Notes: generated from the sequence alone by a model not told the origin. A stretch of DNA of 57,794 nucleotides from Actinomycetota bacterium (GCA_009700145.1 WLMQ01000001.1:1-57794); one strand, 5' to 3'. Shown: positions 17,863-26,121, counted from the stretch's first letter. Made by a program: numbers and translations.

Positions 17863-19499
17863 GCGGCCGGTGCTGTTGTCGCTGGGGGAGTTGTGCTCTT
17901 GCAAGCGTCGAGAGGTTTGACGACCAAGTAAGGATTGCTTGCCGCTCCACCGCCAGGGTGATATTCAAAATGTAAATGCGGTGACGAACTACTGCCAGTA
18001 CTTCCCACATAACCAATGATTTGCCCCGCAACGACAGTGGCTCCGAGTGCTGCTCCGTCGGCGAATGCTGAAAGGTGGGCGTAGTGGAAGTACGTGCCAT
18101 CAAGAGCAGTGAGGCGTACTGCATTTCCACCCAGCGAACCAGGATGATCAAGGAACACGCGGGTAATGGTGCCATTTGCGACCGCATAAATTGGCGTTCC
18201 AGACTTGGCGATGATGTCAACACCTTCGTGGCGACGGCCGCCAGAACGTGGCGCTTGCCAAGTGTCGGTAAACCAACATGGACCAAGTACGGGGAAAACG
18301 GTCGGCAGTGTTGCTGTCGTTGGAGTTGTCGTTGGTGTTGCCGTTGGAGTTGTCGTTGTCGTCGTTGTTGGACTGTTGGGATTGTTCGTCGTCAAGCCTG
18401 GAATAAATCCGATGTAAAGAGCGGTGCGTAAATCGAGAACTCCAGATGCGTTTAATCCTTGGGCTTTTTGAAATGCGGTGATTGCGTTACTCGTTGCTGT
18501 TCCAAATTTCCCGTCGGTGCCACCTCGCACTGCAATGCCAGCGGTTATTAAAAGATTTTGCAGAGCCTTGACCACATCGCCGGTGTCGCCATTTTTCGGA
18601 AGCGTAGGTGCTGGCGTTAAGCCGAGTAATTGGGCGGTGAGTTGATCGACGACTCCAGTTGCTGCAATACGCATGTTTTGTTGAAAAGTTGTCACTGCAG
18701 TTGTAGTGCCAGAACCGAATTGACCATCAACTCCGCCCCTAACTGAAATTCCCGCAGCCACCAAGGCCTTTTGTAGTGCCTTCACTGCATCGTTGTTATC
18801 TCCAGCAAGTGGGAACGGACTCGGAGTAGCTGGTGGAGCAGTAGTAGTTGGAGCAGTAGTAGTTGATTGAACAGTTGATTGAGCGCTGCCTTCAACGATT
18901 CCAAGTGAAATCGCAGTTGTGATATCGACGACTCCCGTTGCAGTGAGTCCGCGACTTGTTTGATATGCCAAAACAGCATTTGTTGTCGCAACTCCGAAAA
19001 TTCCGTCGACGCCACCGCGAACTGAAATTGATGCACGAGTTAAAGCCTGTTGGAGGGCTGTCACTGTTGCGCCGCGTTGACCAAGAATTGGTAGGGAAGG
19101 ACTAGGCGCCAGTCCGAGAAGAAATGCAGTTGTTGAGTTCACAACACCAGAGGTCGTGAGTCCTTTGTTTGACTGAAATGTTTTGATGGCGTTGGATGTG
19201 CCTTGCCCGAAAATTCCGTCAACGCCACCGGTCACGGAAATTCCTTGAGCGACGAGTGCTTGTTGAAGGGAGCGAACTGCTTGACCGCGATCGCCAATTT
19301 GTGGAAACGTCGAAGCCTTCTTGGTCAATGGCAAGTGAGCCACTGAAATTTGTGCCGGTGATGTTGCTGCGCGAGCTGTCGTTGCACCCCACGCGCCCGT
19401 GGCAATCAGGGTCATCACCACGGCGCAAACGGACGTCAGGGTCCGTGTGCGGAGTCGCTGGCGTGAAGCCGCGAGATCTATATGGGTGGTGTTGAGCAC
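17859..19499 (-). CDS. secreted M23 metallopeptidase with four PG_binding_1-type repeats
   Basis: 546 aa with an N-terminal signal-like segment, four 66-aa repeats (G..V..LQ.AL...GI.V.GGVDG.FG..T..A...FQ...GL...GVV), a Thr/Pro linker, and M23 motifs HEGVDIIA and SSSPHLHFEYH. Confidence 0.85.
   Translation of the reverse strand: MLNTTHIDLAASRQRLRTRTLTSVCAVVMTLIATGAWGATTARAATSPAQISVAHLPLTKKASTFPQIGDRGQAVRSLQQALVAQGISVTGGVDGIFGQGTSNAIKTFQSNKGLTTSGVVNSTTAFLLGLAPSPSLPILGQRGATVTALQQALTRASISVRGGVDGIFGVATTNAVLAYQTSRGLTATGVVDITTAISLGIVEGSAQSTVQSTTTAPTTTAPPATPSPFPLAGDNNDAVKALQKALVAAGISVRGGVDGQFGSGTTTAVTTFQQNMRIAATGVVDQLTAQLLGLTPAPTLPKNGDTGDVVKALQNLLITAGIAVRGGTDGKFGTATSNAITAFQKAQGLNASGVLDLRTALYIGFIPGLTTNNPNSPTTTTTTTPTATPTTTPTTATLPTVFPVLGPCWFTDTWQAPRSGGRRHEGVDIIAKSGTPIYAVANGTITRVFLDHPGSLGGNAVRLTALDGTYFHYAHLSAFADGAALGATVVAGQIIGYVGSTGSSSSPHLHFEYHPGGGAASNPYLVVKPLDACKSTTPPATTAPAA
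18405..19307 (-). repeat. four tandem 66-codon peptidoglycan-binding domain repeats inside the M23 peptidase gene
   Basis: By my count the repeats cover residues 65-130, 136-201, 229-294 and 300-365. They share the core GISV.GGVDG.FG..T..A...FQ. Confidence 0.8.
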
Positions 19500-19605
19500 C
19501 TATGGGTATCGGCGCGTTCAGATGCCCAACTTGAGGAATTACTAGAGATTTTGGCCAATTGTGAGCTTTCAGAGGTAAATGAGTGGCCGGGCGAAAAAAA
19601 AATCC

Positions 19606-19690
19606 AAAAAAGTGGCGCGAAAAGGGGAAAAGTGGTTGACAAAGGGGGGTCGTGGGGTGCAAAATGGAGGACATAGGGGAAGTGTGGAGG
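19606..19690. promoter_or_regulatory. 10-nt phased A-run/G-block array, candidate MraZ operator
   Basis: The consecutive 10-mers from 19611 are agtggcgcga, aaaggggaaa, agtggttgac, aaaggggggt, cgtggggtgc, aaaatggagg, acatagggga and agtgtggagg. GTGG occurs at 19612, 19632 and 19652, exactly 20 nt apart. The array lies 50-130 nt upstream of the mraZ start. Confidence 0.4.
19636..19666 (+). promoter_or_regulatory. possible mraZ/dcw promoter (TTGACA, about 18 nt, tgCAAAAT)
   Basis: A perfect -35 hexamer TTGACA lies at 19636-19641. A weak -10-like CAAAAT at 19660-19665 is preceded by TG. The -10 match is poor, so this is tentative. Confidence 0.3.
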
Positions 19691-19739
19691 CAGAAACCAC
19701 ATTTCTCAGCGTTTTCATCACGGCACGAGAGGCAGATCA

Positions 19740-20162
19740 GTGGAAGGTTTCGTTGGAAGGTACGAGCGTCAGCTTGACCCCAAGGGTCGAGTCGCGCTTC
19801 CTGCGACCTTCCGAAACCGCCTCGAACCTCGTTGCTATTTGGTGCTTGGGCAGGACAAATGCATCAGTGTGGTCACAGTTGCGGTCTCTCTGGCCTGGGC
19901 TGAAGAAATGACTCAGGCGGTCAAGCGCGGCGAAAAGACCCGAGCCGAATTGCGTGCCATGGCCGCCAATATGGTCGAAATCCAAGTTGATGGACAGGGT
20001 CGAATCACCCTCGATGAAAATCTGCGTCAGTTTGCGGGTCTCAGCACTGGTTCGAAGGTTGTTGTTTCAGGTGCTTTTGACTCAGTTGAAATTTGGGAAC
20101 CAAGCCGTTTCGCACGCATGTTGGCGACTGGCGAGGGTGTCATTGCTGGTGAGGGCGAATGA
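19740..20162 (+). CDS. mraZ: transcriptional regulator MraZ
   Basis: 140 aa from a GTG start, with GAGAGG 7 nt upstream. It carries a duplicated SpoVT/AbrB-like motif (LDPKGRVALPATFR and VDGQGRITLDENLR) and is the first gene of the dcw cluster. Confidence 0.9.
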   Translation: MEGFVGRYERQLDPKGRVALPATFRNRLEPRCYLVLGQDKCISVVTVAVSLAWAEEMTQAVKRGEKTRAELRAMAANMVEIQVDGQGRITLDENLRQFAGLSTGSKVVVSGAFDSVEIWEPSRFARMLATGEGVIAGEGE

Positions 20163-21097
20163 TGTCGACTCAGCCGGCAGTTTTTTCGCACGAGCCCGTG
20201 ATGGTGCGCGAGATCACCGAACTCTTTGCGAACGTTCCAGATGGAGTCGTCCTAGACGCGACACTCGGAGGCGCTGGACATACCACTGCCATTCTTGATG
20301 CCCATCCCGGGCTTCGAGTCCTTGGCCTTGACCGCGATCCAGCAGCTCTTGAAGCATCACGTGTACGCCTCGCTCCGTATGGCGATCGTGCCATGTTGCA
20401 ACACCGTCGCTTTGACGATCTTGATGCTGCGATGTCTGAAGCCGGCATTACAGAGTTGTCGGGTGCGCTTTTTGATCTTGGAGTCTCATCGCATCAGTTC
20501 GATAGTGGTGAACGAGGCTTTTCGTATCGTCACGATGCGCCGCTTGATATGCGCATGGATACAACCGAGTCGACGACTGCTGCTGATGTGGTGAACCAAG
20601 CATCAGAAGGCGAAATCGCGCACTTGTTGCGTGAATATTCAGATGAGAAGTTTGCCGGTCGAATCGCGCGAGCAATCATTGCCGCACGACCTATTCACAC
20701 AACCGCAGAGCTAGCTGACGTAGTCGCCTCGGCAATTCCGGCACCAGCACGTCGTCGGGGCGGACATCCTGCCAAGCGGACTTTTCAGGCACTGCGGATC
20801 TCTTTGAATAAGGAATTAGAAATTCTTCCGAACGCCATTGACTCGGCAGTGCGACGGACCCGAATTGGCGGTCGTGTTGCGGTGTTGTCGTATCACTCTG
20901 GCGAAGATCGCATCATTAAGGCGCGATTCAAACAACATGCCACCGGCGGTTGTGAATGCCCAAGCACCCTTCCGTGTGGTTGTGGAGCGACGCGCATTGT
21001 GCGTTTAGTTCGCGTGGCGTCAAAGCCAAATGCGGAAGAGCAATTGTCTAACCCACGTAGTAGTTCAGCTCGTCTGCGCGTTGCGGAGGTGCTCTGA
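20159..21097 (+). CDS. rsmH: 16S rRNA m4C1402 methyltransferase RsmH
   Basis: 312 aa with HEPVMVREI, LDATLGGAGH, DLGVSSHQFD and SYHSGEDRI. Its start forms an ATGA overlap with mraZ. Confidence 0.92.
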   Translation: MMSTQPAVFSHEPVMVREITELFANVPDGVVLDATLGGAGHTTAILDAHPGLRVLGLDRDPAALEASRVRLAPYGDRAMLQHRRFDDLDAAMSEAGITELSGALFDLGVSSHQFDSGERGFSYRHDAPLDMRMDTTESTTAADVVNQASEGEIAHLLREYSDEKFAGRIARAIIAARPIHTTAELADVVASAIPAPARRRGGHPAKRTFQALRISLNKELEILPNAIDSAVRRTRIGGRVAVLSYHSGEDRIIKARFKQHATGGCECPSTLPCGCGATRIVRLVRVASKPNAEEQLSNPRSSSARLRVAEVL

Positions 21098-21630
21098 TGG
21101 CTCGGCCAATGAAAGTTGCCCGCACGGCGCCACAGCCAAAGTCTGCACCGCAACGTAAGAAAGTTACAACGCGTACCGCACAACAACGATGTACTCAGTC
21201 TTCGCCTATTGCGCGAGCAGTTACCCAGCGTGATGTCACCAAGCGCACTCGTCGGTTTGTATTTGTTGGATTATCAATTGCATTTGTGGCTATCGCCATG
21301 ATGATGTTGGTTGTTGTTTTTCAAACTCGAATCGCTGAGACCCAACTCAATATCGATAAAATTGAAACTCAGATTTCGGCCGAACGCGACCGATACGACG
21401 CTTTGCGGCTTGAGCGATCGAGCCTTCGTGAACCAGCCCGTTTGGTTACTGAAGCGACAGGAATGGGAATGGTCCCCGGAAATGGCACCGACTTTGTTGC
21501 AGTAGATCCGTTGACTGTCGCACAAGTGTTGGTCTCTACCGGTGGAGTTGATCCCGAACTTCTCTCTGTTTCGCATGATCCGCTCGTGAACTATGGAGCA
21601 GTGAAGTCAACGATCGGAGATCGGCCGTGA
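21097..21630 (+). CDS. ftsL: cell division protein FtsL-like (bitopic, coiled-coil)
   Basis: 177 aa in the conserved position between rsmH and ftsI. It has a basic cytoplasmic tail, one TM segment (FVFVGLSIAFVAIAMMMLVVVF), then the coiled-coil TRIAETQLNIDKIETQISAERDRYDALRLERSSL. Confidence 0.65.
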   Translation: MARPMKVARTAPQPKSAPQRKKVTTRTAQQRCTQSSPIARAVTQRDVTKRTRRFVFVGLSIAFVAIAMMMLVVVFQTRIAETQLNIDKIETQISAERDRYDALRLERSSLREPARLVTEATGMGMVPGNGTDFVAVDPLTVAQVLVSTGGVDPELLSVSHDPLVNYGAVKSTIGDRP

Positions 21631-23621
21631 CCCCTCGTAAGCCGACTCCGAGTCGAGCAACTCGCTCAACAGCAGCAAAACGAACCGCGACGACACCACG
21701 GCGGGCGTCGTCGCGTGCTAGTGCATCTCGAACGACAGCATCTCGAACGACAGCATCTCGAACGACTGCATCCCGATCAAAAACCGCTGGTTCACGTAGT
21801 TCAAATTCGCGCACACCAAAGCGTTCATCCTTTTTGGCATCACGCTTAGCTCCACAAGTTGCTCACAAAGCACGAGTTTGGCGAAGTGGCTCGGCACGGC
21901 GTCGTTTTCAATGGTTTGTTGGCCTTGCGGTGGTACTACTGACAATCTTGGTGGGTTGGTCAGTCAAGGTACAAGTAGTGAGTGGAAGCGGATATCGCGC
22001 GTATGGAGTTTCGCAGCGCGAGTCAAGTATCACAATTCCAGCCGCTCGCGGAACTATTTTTGATCGCGACGGAAATGAAATGGCCATTACGGTTCCGGCA
22101 CTTTCGCTGTATGCCGATCCTCGCGCCGTACTTGATCCGGCAGCTACCGCACATGTTCTCGGTCAAATGCTTGGTTTCGATATTGCAGCCGAATCCGAAT
22201 TAGCAACAAAGTTGGCGAATCAGAAACAGTCATTTGTCTATATCCAGAGATTTGTAGATCAAGATGTCGCTGATGCAGTTCTTTCGTTGAATCTCTCTGG
22301 TGTCAACGGAGTCAGCGAGCCCAAGCGGGTTCAGGTTGCTGGCGGACTGGCAGCCAACATCATCGGTCGTACTGATCCTTTCGGCGCTGGAGCAACTGGT
22401 CTTGAACTTCAATACGACAAAGTGCTCACCGGTGTCGACGGCGAAATGGTGAAGCAGGCATCACGTGGTCGAAGTCTTCCCGGAACGAGCCACATTGTTG
22501 CGCAGGCACGTCCCGGGACCGATCTTGTTCTCACCCTTGATCGTTCAATGCAATATCAAACTGAGCAAGATCTTCTCGCTCGAGTAAATGAATTGTCGGC
22601 AAAGGGCGGAAACGCAATCATCTTGGATACGAAGACTGGTGAAGTGTTGTCAATTGCCAGTGTGCGCCGCGGTGATGACGGGGTAGCAGCAATAACTGCG
22701 GGCAACTTGGCTGCAGTCGAGGCGTACGAGCCCGGATCTGTTGCAAAAGTGTTTAGTGTGTCGGCCACAATTGATTCAGGTGCTGCAACGCCCGATCGGG
22801 TGTATGACGTTCCTGGTTCATTTACTTTTGATCCTGGTACAGATTTTGAGTACACGATTAAAGATGCTTATCCACACGATCTTGAACCAATGACATTACG
22901 AAATATTCTTGTGCACTCTTCAAACATCGGAACAATGCTGGCGGCGAGCGAATTGGGCTCGCCCAAACTTCACGACTACCTATCAAGTTTCGGATTTGGC
23001 AAATTAACTGAACTGGAGTTTCCGGGCGAGAGTGCTGGAATTTTGAAGGCTGCTGATGATTGGAAAGGCTCGCAAAACGGAACGATTGCCTATGGGTATG
23101 GATTCTCTGCGACCTCATTGCAACTCGTCTCAGCGGTTAATGCTGTTGCAAACAAGGGTGTGTATGTTTCTCCGAAATTCGTTCGAGCAACGATTGATGA
23201 GAAGGGATCAAAATGGGAAACGCCTGCTGGATCCACTCATCGCGTCATTTCGGAAGAATCAGCAGCGACCATGACAGATATGTTGACTGGCGTTGTATGT
23301 GAAGGTACGGGTACCCGCGCTCAAGTCAGTGGAATCTCTGTTGCTGGAAAAACTGGAACGGGATACAAGATTCAAGCCAACGGTACGTACAAGAGTGACG
23401 ACGGGTTGCGCTCGTACTTCGCGACATTCGTTGGGTTTTTCCCAGCGAAGAATCCACAAGTGACCATTCTTGTCTCCATTGACGAACCAGATCGATCGAG
23501 CCGTGACCGCTTCGGTGGAACGGCGGCAGCACCAGTCTTTGCAAATTTGGCCGAGATGGCGATCCATGAATTGTCAATTCAGCCCACACCAGGTGACACT
23601 GGTTGCCCGGTAGGCGGCTGA
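21627..23621 (+). CDS. ftsI: class B penicillin-binding protein FtsI (PBP3-type transpeptidase)
   Basis: 664 aa with a TM segment at about residue 100, a PBP dimerisation region, and SxxK (GSVAKVF), SxN (HSSNIG) and KTG (AGKTGTG) motifs. Its GTG start overlaps the ftsL stop (GTGA). Confidence 0.88.
   Translation: MTPRKPTPSRATRSTAAKRTATTPRRASSRASASRTTASRTTASRTTASRSKTAGSRSSNSRTPKRSSFLASRLAPQVAHKARVWRSGSARRRFQWFVGLAVVLLTILVGWSVKVQVVSGSGYRAYGVSQRESSITIPAARGTIFDRDGNEMAITVPALSLYADPRAVLDPAATAHVLGQMLGFDIAAESELATKLANQKQSFVYIQRFVDQDVADAVLSLNLSGVNGVSEPKRVQVAGGLAANIIGRTDPFGAGATGLELQYDKVLTGVDGEMVKQASRGRSLPGTSHIVAQARPGTDLVLTLDRSMQYQTEQDLLARVNELSAKGGNAIILDTKTGEVLSIASVRRGDDGVAAITAGNLAAVEAYEPGSVAKVFSVSATIDSGAATPDRVYDVPGSFTFDPGTDFEYTIKDAYPHDLEPMTLRNILVHSSNIGTMLAASELGSPKLHDYLSSFGFGKLTELEFPGESAGILKAADDWKGSQNGTIAYGYGFSATSLQLVSAVNAVANKGVYVSPKFVRATIDEKGSKWETPAGSTHRVISEESAATMTDMLTGVVCEGTGTRAQVSGISVAGKTGTGYKIQANGTYKSDDGLRSYFATFVGFFPAKNPQVTILVSIDEPDRSSRDRFGGTAAAPVFANLAEMAIHELSIQPTPGDTGCPVGG
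21723..21782 (+). repeat. 15-nt tandem repeat (gcatctcgaacgaca, 3 near-perfect copies plus 1 degenerate) encoding (ASRTT)n in the FtsI N-terminal tail
   Basis: The copies read directly as 21723-21737 and 21738-21752 identical, 21753-21767 with 1 mismatch, and 21768-21782 degenerate. Confidence 0.9.
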
Positions 23622-23623
23622 AC

Positions 23624-25054
23624 GTGGCACAACGTCGGGTTGAGGAGATGATGAACGCATGTGCTGTCTCGGCGCCGCGTTTATTGAACGGAAATCCTGA
23701 CGTCGTGGTCAGTTCAATGACTCATGATTCGCGCCAAGTTCGGGTCGGCTCAATTTTCTGCTGTATCAAGGGCGAAAAATTTGATGGCCATGATTTTGCT
23801 GCGGCAGCAGTAGAACGTGGGGCCGTTGCACTGCTCGTTCAACGTGAGATCACTGATATTCCACAAGAAATCCCGCAGATCATCGTCGATGAACCCCGCA
23901 CCTGTGTCGGCTTTGCGGCTGCTGAGCTATACGGAAATCCTTCACGTCATTTATCTCTCGTTGGAATCACCGGTACTAATGGAAAAACGACGACAGCACA
24001 TTTACTTGCGTCCATTTTGAAGGCCTCCGGTATGCAAACTGAAGTCATCGGCACTTTGAGTGGAGCGTTCACGACGCCCGAGGCATCTGATTTGCAGCGC
24101 AACTTCTCTGAAATGGTTGCTCATGGAACTCGTGCTGTCGCCATGGAAGTTTCGTCGCATGCGCTGGCACTTGGGCGTGTAAACGGAACCTCATTCTCCG
24201 CCTGTGTTTTCACAAACCTCGGACGTGATCATTTAGATTTCCACGGGTCAGAAGAAAACTATTTTCAAGCCAAGGCCCGACTTTTCGCTCACGAGTTCAC
24301 TCCAGTGGGTGTTATCAATGCTGATGATGTATTCGGGCAACGTCTTCTCCGCGAATCCCAGATTTCACTCACGCCGTTTTCAATGAGCGACGTTGATGAT
24401 TTGCAAGTTTCTGCCACAACTCACCAATACTCATGGAGTGGTCGGACGATTCGAGTCGGCATTGGCGGAACTGTCAATGTGATGAACTCTCTTGCAGCTG
24501 CAACCACAGCTCGTGAAATCGGTGTCACTATTGATGACATCGTGAACGGACTTGAAGCGGCTCCTGCAGTGCCAGGCCGTTTTGAACAAGTTGAAGGTGG
24601 ACAAGATTTTGTTGTCCTCGTTGACTTTGCCCATACTCCTGATGGACTCGCCGAGGTTTTGCGCTCTGTTCGCGCGTCATCTCCTGAATCAAGAGTGATT
24701 TTGGTTTTTGGATGTGGTGGAGATCGTGACAAAATGAAGCGACCAATCATGGGCGAGATTGCTGTTTCGTTAGCAGATGTCGTAATCGTTACCTCAGATA
24801 ACCCGCGTTCTGAAGACCCTGAGGCGATTATGTCGTCAATCATTGCGGGTATTCCAGATCACATGCGACATCGATTGTTGTCCACTGATGTTGATCGCCG
24901 TCGTGCTATTCAACGAGCCATCAATATTGCCCGTTCCGGAGACGTTGTTCTCATTGCTGGTAAGGGTCATGAAGTGAGTCAAACAATTGGTACCGAAAGT
25001 TATCCCTTTGATGACCGCATGGTTGCGTTAGAAATGTTGAGGAGTGTCGCATGA
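23624..25054 (+). CDS. murE: UDP-MurNAc-L-Ala-D-Glu:meso-DAP ligase MurE
   Basis: GITGTNGKTTT and the DNPR motif (VTSDNPRSEDP) indicate the DAP-adding type. The start is uncertain: GTG 23624 lies just after the ftsI stop, the ORF track starts at 23603, and ATG 23648 is also possible. Confidence 0.88.
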   Translation: MAQRRVEEMMNACAVSAPRLLNGNPDVVVSSMTHDSRQVRVGSIFCCIKGEKFDGHDFAAAAVERGAVALLVQREITDIPQEIPQIIVDEPRTCVGFAAAELYGNPSRHLSLVGITGTNGKTTTAHLLASILKASGMQTEVIGTLSGAFTTPEASDLQRNFSEMVAHGTRAVAMEVSSHALALGRVNGTSFSACVFTNLGRDHLDFHGSEENYFQAKARLFAHEFTPVGVINADDVFGQRLLRESQISLTPFSMSDVDDLQVSATTHQYSWSGRTIRVGIGGTVNVMNSLAAATTAREIGVTIDDIVNGLEAAPAVPGRFEQVEGGQDFVVLVDFAHTPDGLAEVLRSVRASSPESRVILVFGCGGDRDKMKRPIMGEIAVSLADVVIVTSDNPRSEDPEAIMSSIIAGIPDHMRHRLLSTDVDRRRAIQRAINIARSGDVVLIAGKGHEVSQTIGTESYPFDDRMVALEMLRSVA

Positions 25055-26121
25055 TCGCCGTCATGATTGCCGGAGCAACGGCCATGTTCTTTTCGTTGCT
25101 GGGAAGTCGGTTTCTCATTTCCTTCTTTCGCAATCGTGGCAAAGGCCAGCCAATTTTGGGCAAAGAAGACCATGGTCCAGAGCATCATCAAAAGAAGTCA
25201 GGAACACCCACTATGGGTGGGTTGGCAATTGTTTCTTCAGCGATGGTCGGTTGGACGGTTGCGCACCTTCGTGATGGGCTGGCATTTTCGAATCAAGCTC
25301 TGATTATTTGGGTTGGCATCTTGGCGATGGCCGCGATGGGTCTTTTGGATGACGTCATCAAAGTAAATAAAGGTCACAATCGAGGAATCTTTTGGAAGAA
25401 GAAGGGCTACATCACCTTCGCCATGGCTTGTGGAATCACCTGGTGGTTGGCAGCCGCAACTGATATTTCTGAAACATTGTCGTTCACCCGCTATGACTTG
25501 CCAGGTTGGGAAATTCCGTGGTGGCTCTGGGTCGTGTGGACCGCGGGCATGATGTGGGCAACGACTAATGCGGTGAACGTCACTGATGGGCTCGATGGCC
25601 TGGCCGGCGGATCGGCTCTATTTGGATTTTTGGCCTTCACCATTATCGGTTACTGGTCGTTTAGAAATCCTGAGTTATATGGTGTACTTGCGGGAGGCAC
25701 GGTTAATCCGCTCGACCTTGCCGTGTTGTCTGCTGCTTTTGCTGGAGCGTGTGGAGGCTTCTTGTGGTGGAACGCCGCTCCAGCCAGAATTTTTATGGGT
25801 GATGTTGGAGCACTCGGAATCGGTGCTGCACTTGGATTGCTTGCTGTTGCAACGAACACGCACTTCCTCTTGCCATTGATTTGTGGAGTCAATGTGCTGG
25901 AAGCAGGCTCAGTTGCAATTCAGATGGTGATTTTCAAAGCATCTGGCCGTACTCGACGATTCTTCCGTATGACACCGATTCACCATCATTTTGAATTGAT
26001 TGGTTGGCCCGAAACTACAGTCATCATTCGTTTTTGGATTATCGGTGGCATCTGCGTCGCCGGTTCATTAGCTCTTTTCATCGGTGACTTCACCCGAATG
26101 AGTGACGCGATTCTTCCATGA
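25051..26121 (+). CDS. mraY: phospho-N-acetylmuramoyl-pentapeptide transferase MraY
   Basis: 356 aa and polytopic, with HQKKSGTPTMGG, NAVNVTDGLDGLA and FMGDVGALGIG. Its start forms an ATGA overlap with murE. Confidence 0.93.
   Translation: MIAVMIAGATAMFFSLLGSRFLISFFRNRGKGQPILGKEDHGPEHHQKKSGTPTMGGLAIVSSAMVGWTVAHLRDGLAFSNQALIIWVGILAMAAMGLLDDVIKVNKGHNRGIFWKKKGYITFAMACGITWWLAAATDISETLSFTRYDLPGWEIPWWLWVVWTAGMMWATTNAVNVTDGLDGLAGGSALFGFLAFTIIGYWSFRNPELYGVLAGGTVNPLDLAVLSAAFAGACGGFLWWNAAPARIFMGDVGALGIGAALGLLAVATNTHFLLPLICGVNVLEAGSVAIQMVIFKASGRTRRFFRMTPIHHHFELIGWPETTVIIRFWIIGGICVAGSLALFIGDFTRMSDAILP

Noticed and set aside
19219-19911. ORFs 19219-19674 (-), 19478-19702 (-), 19482-19676 (+) and 19579-19911 (+) across the mraZ upstream region.
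   Set aside because: They overlap each other, the M23 gene or mraZ. Their translations are dominated by the A-run/G-block repeat (GKKKSKK / PLFPFSR strings), and none has an RBS or a recognisable domain. The region is better explained as regulatory DNA.
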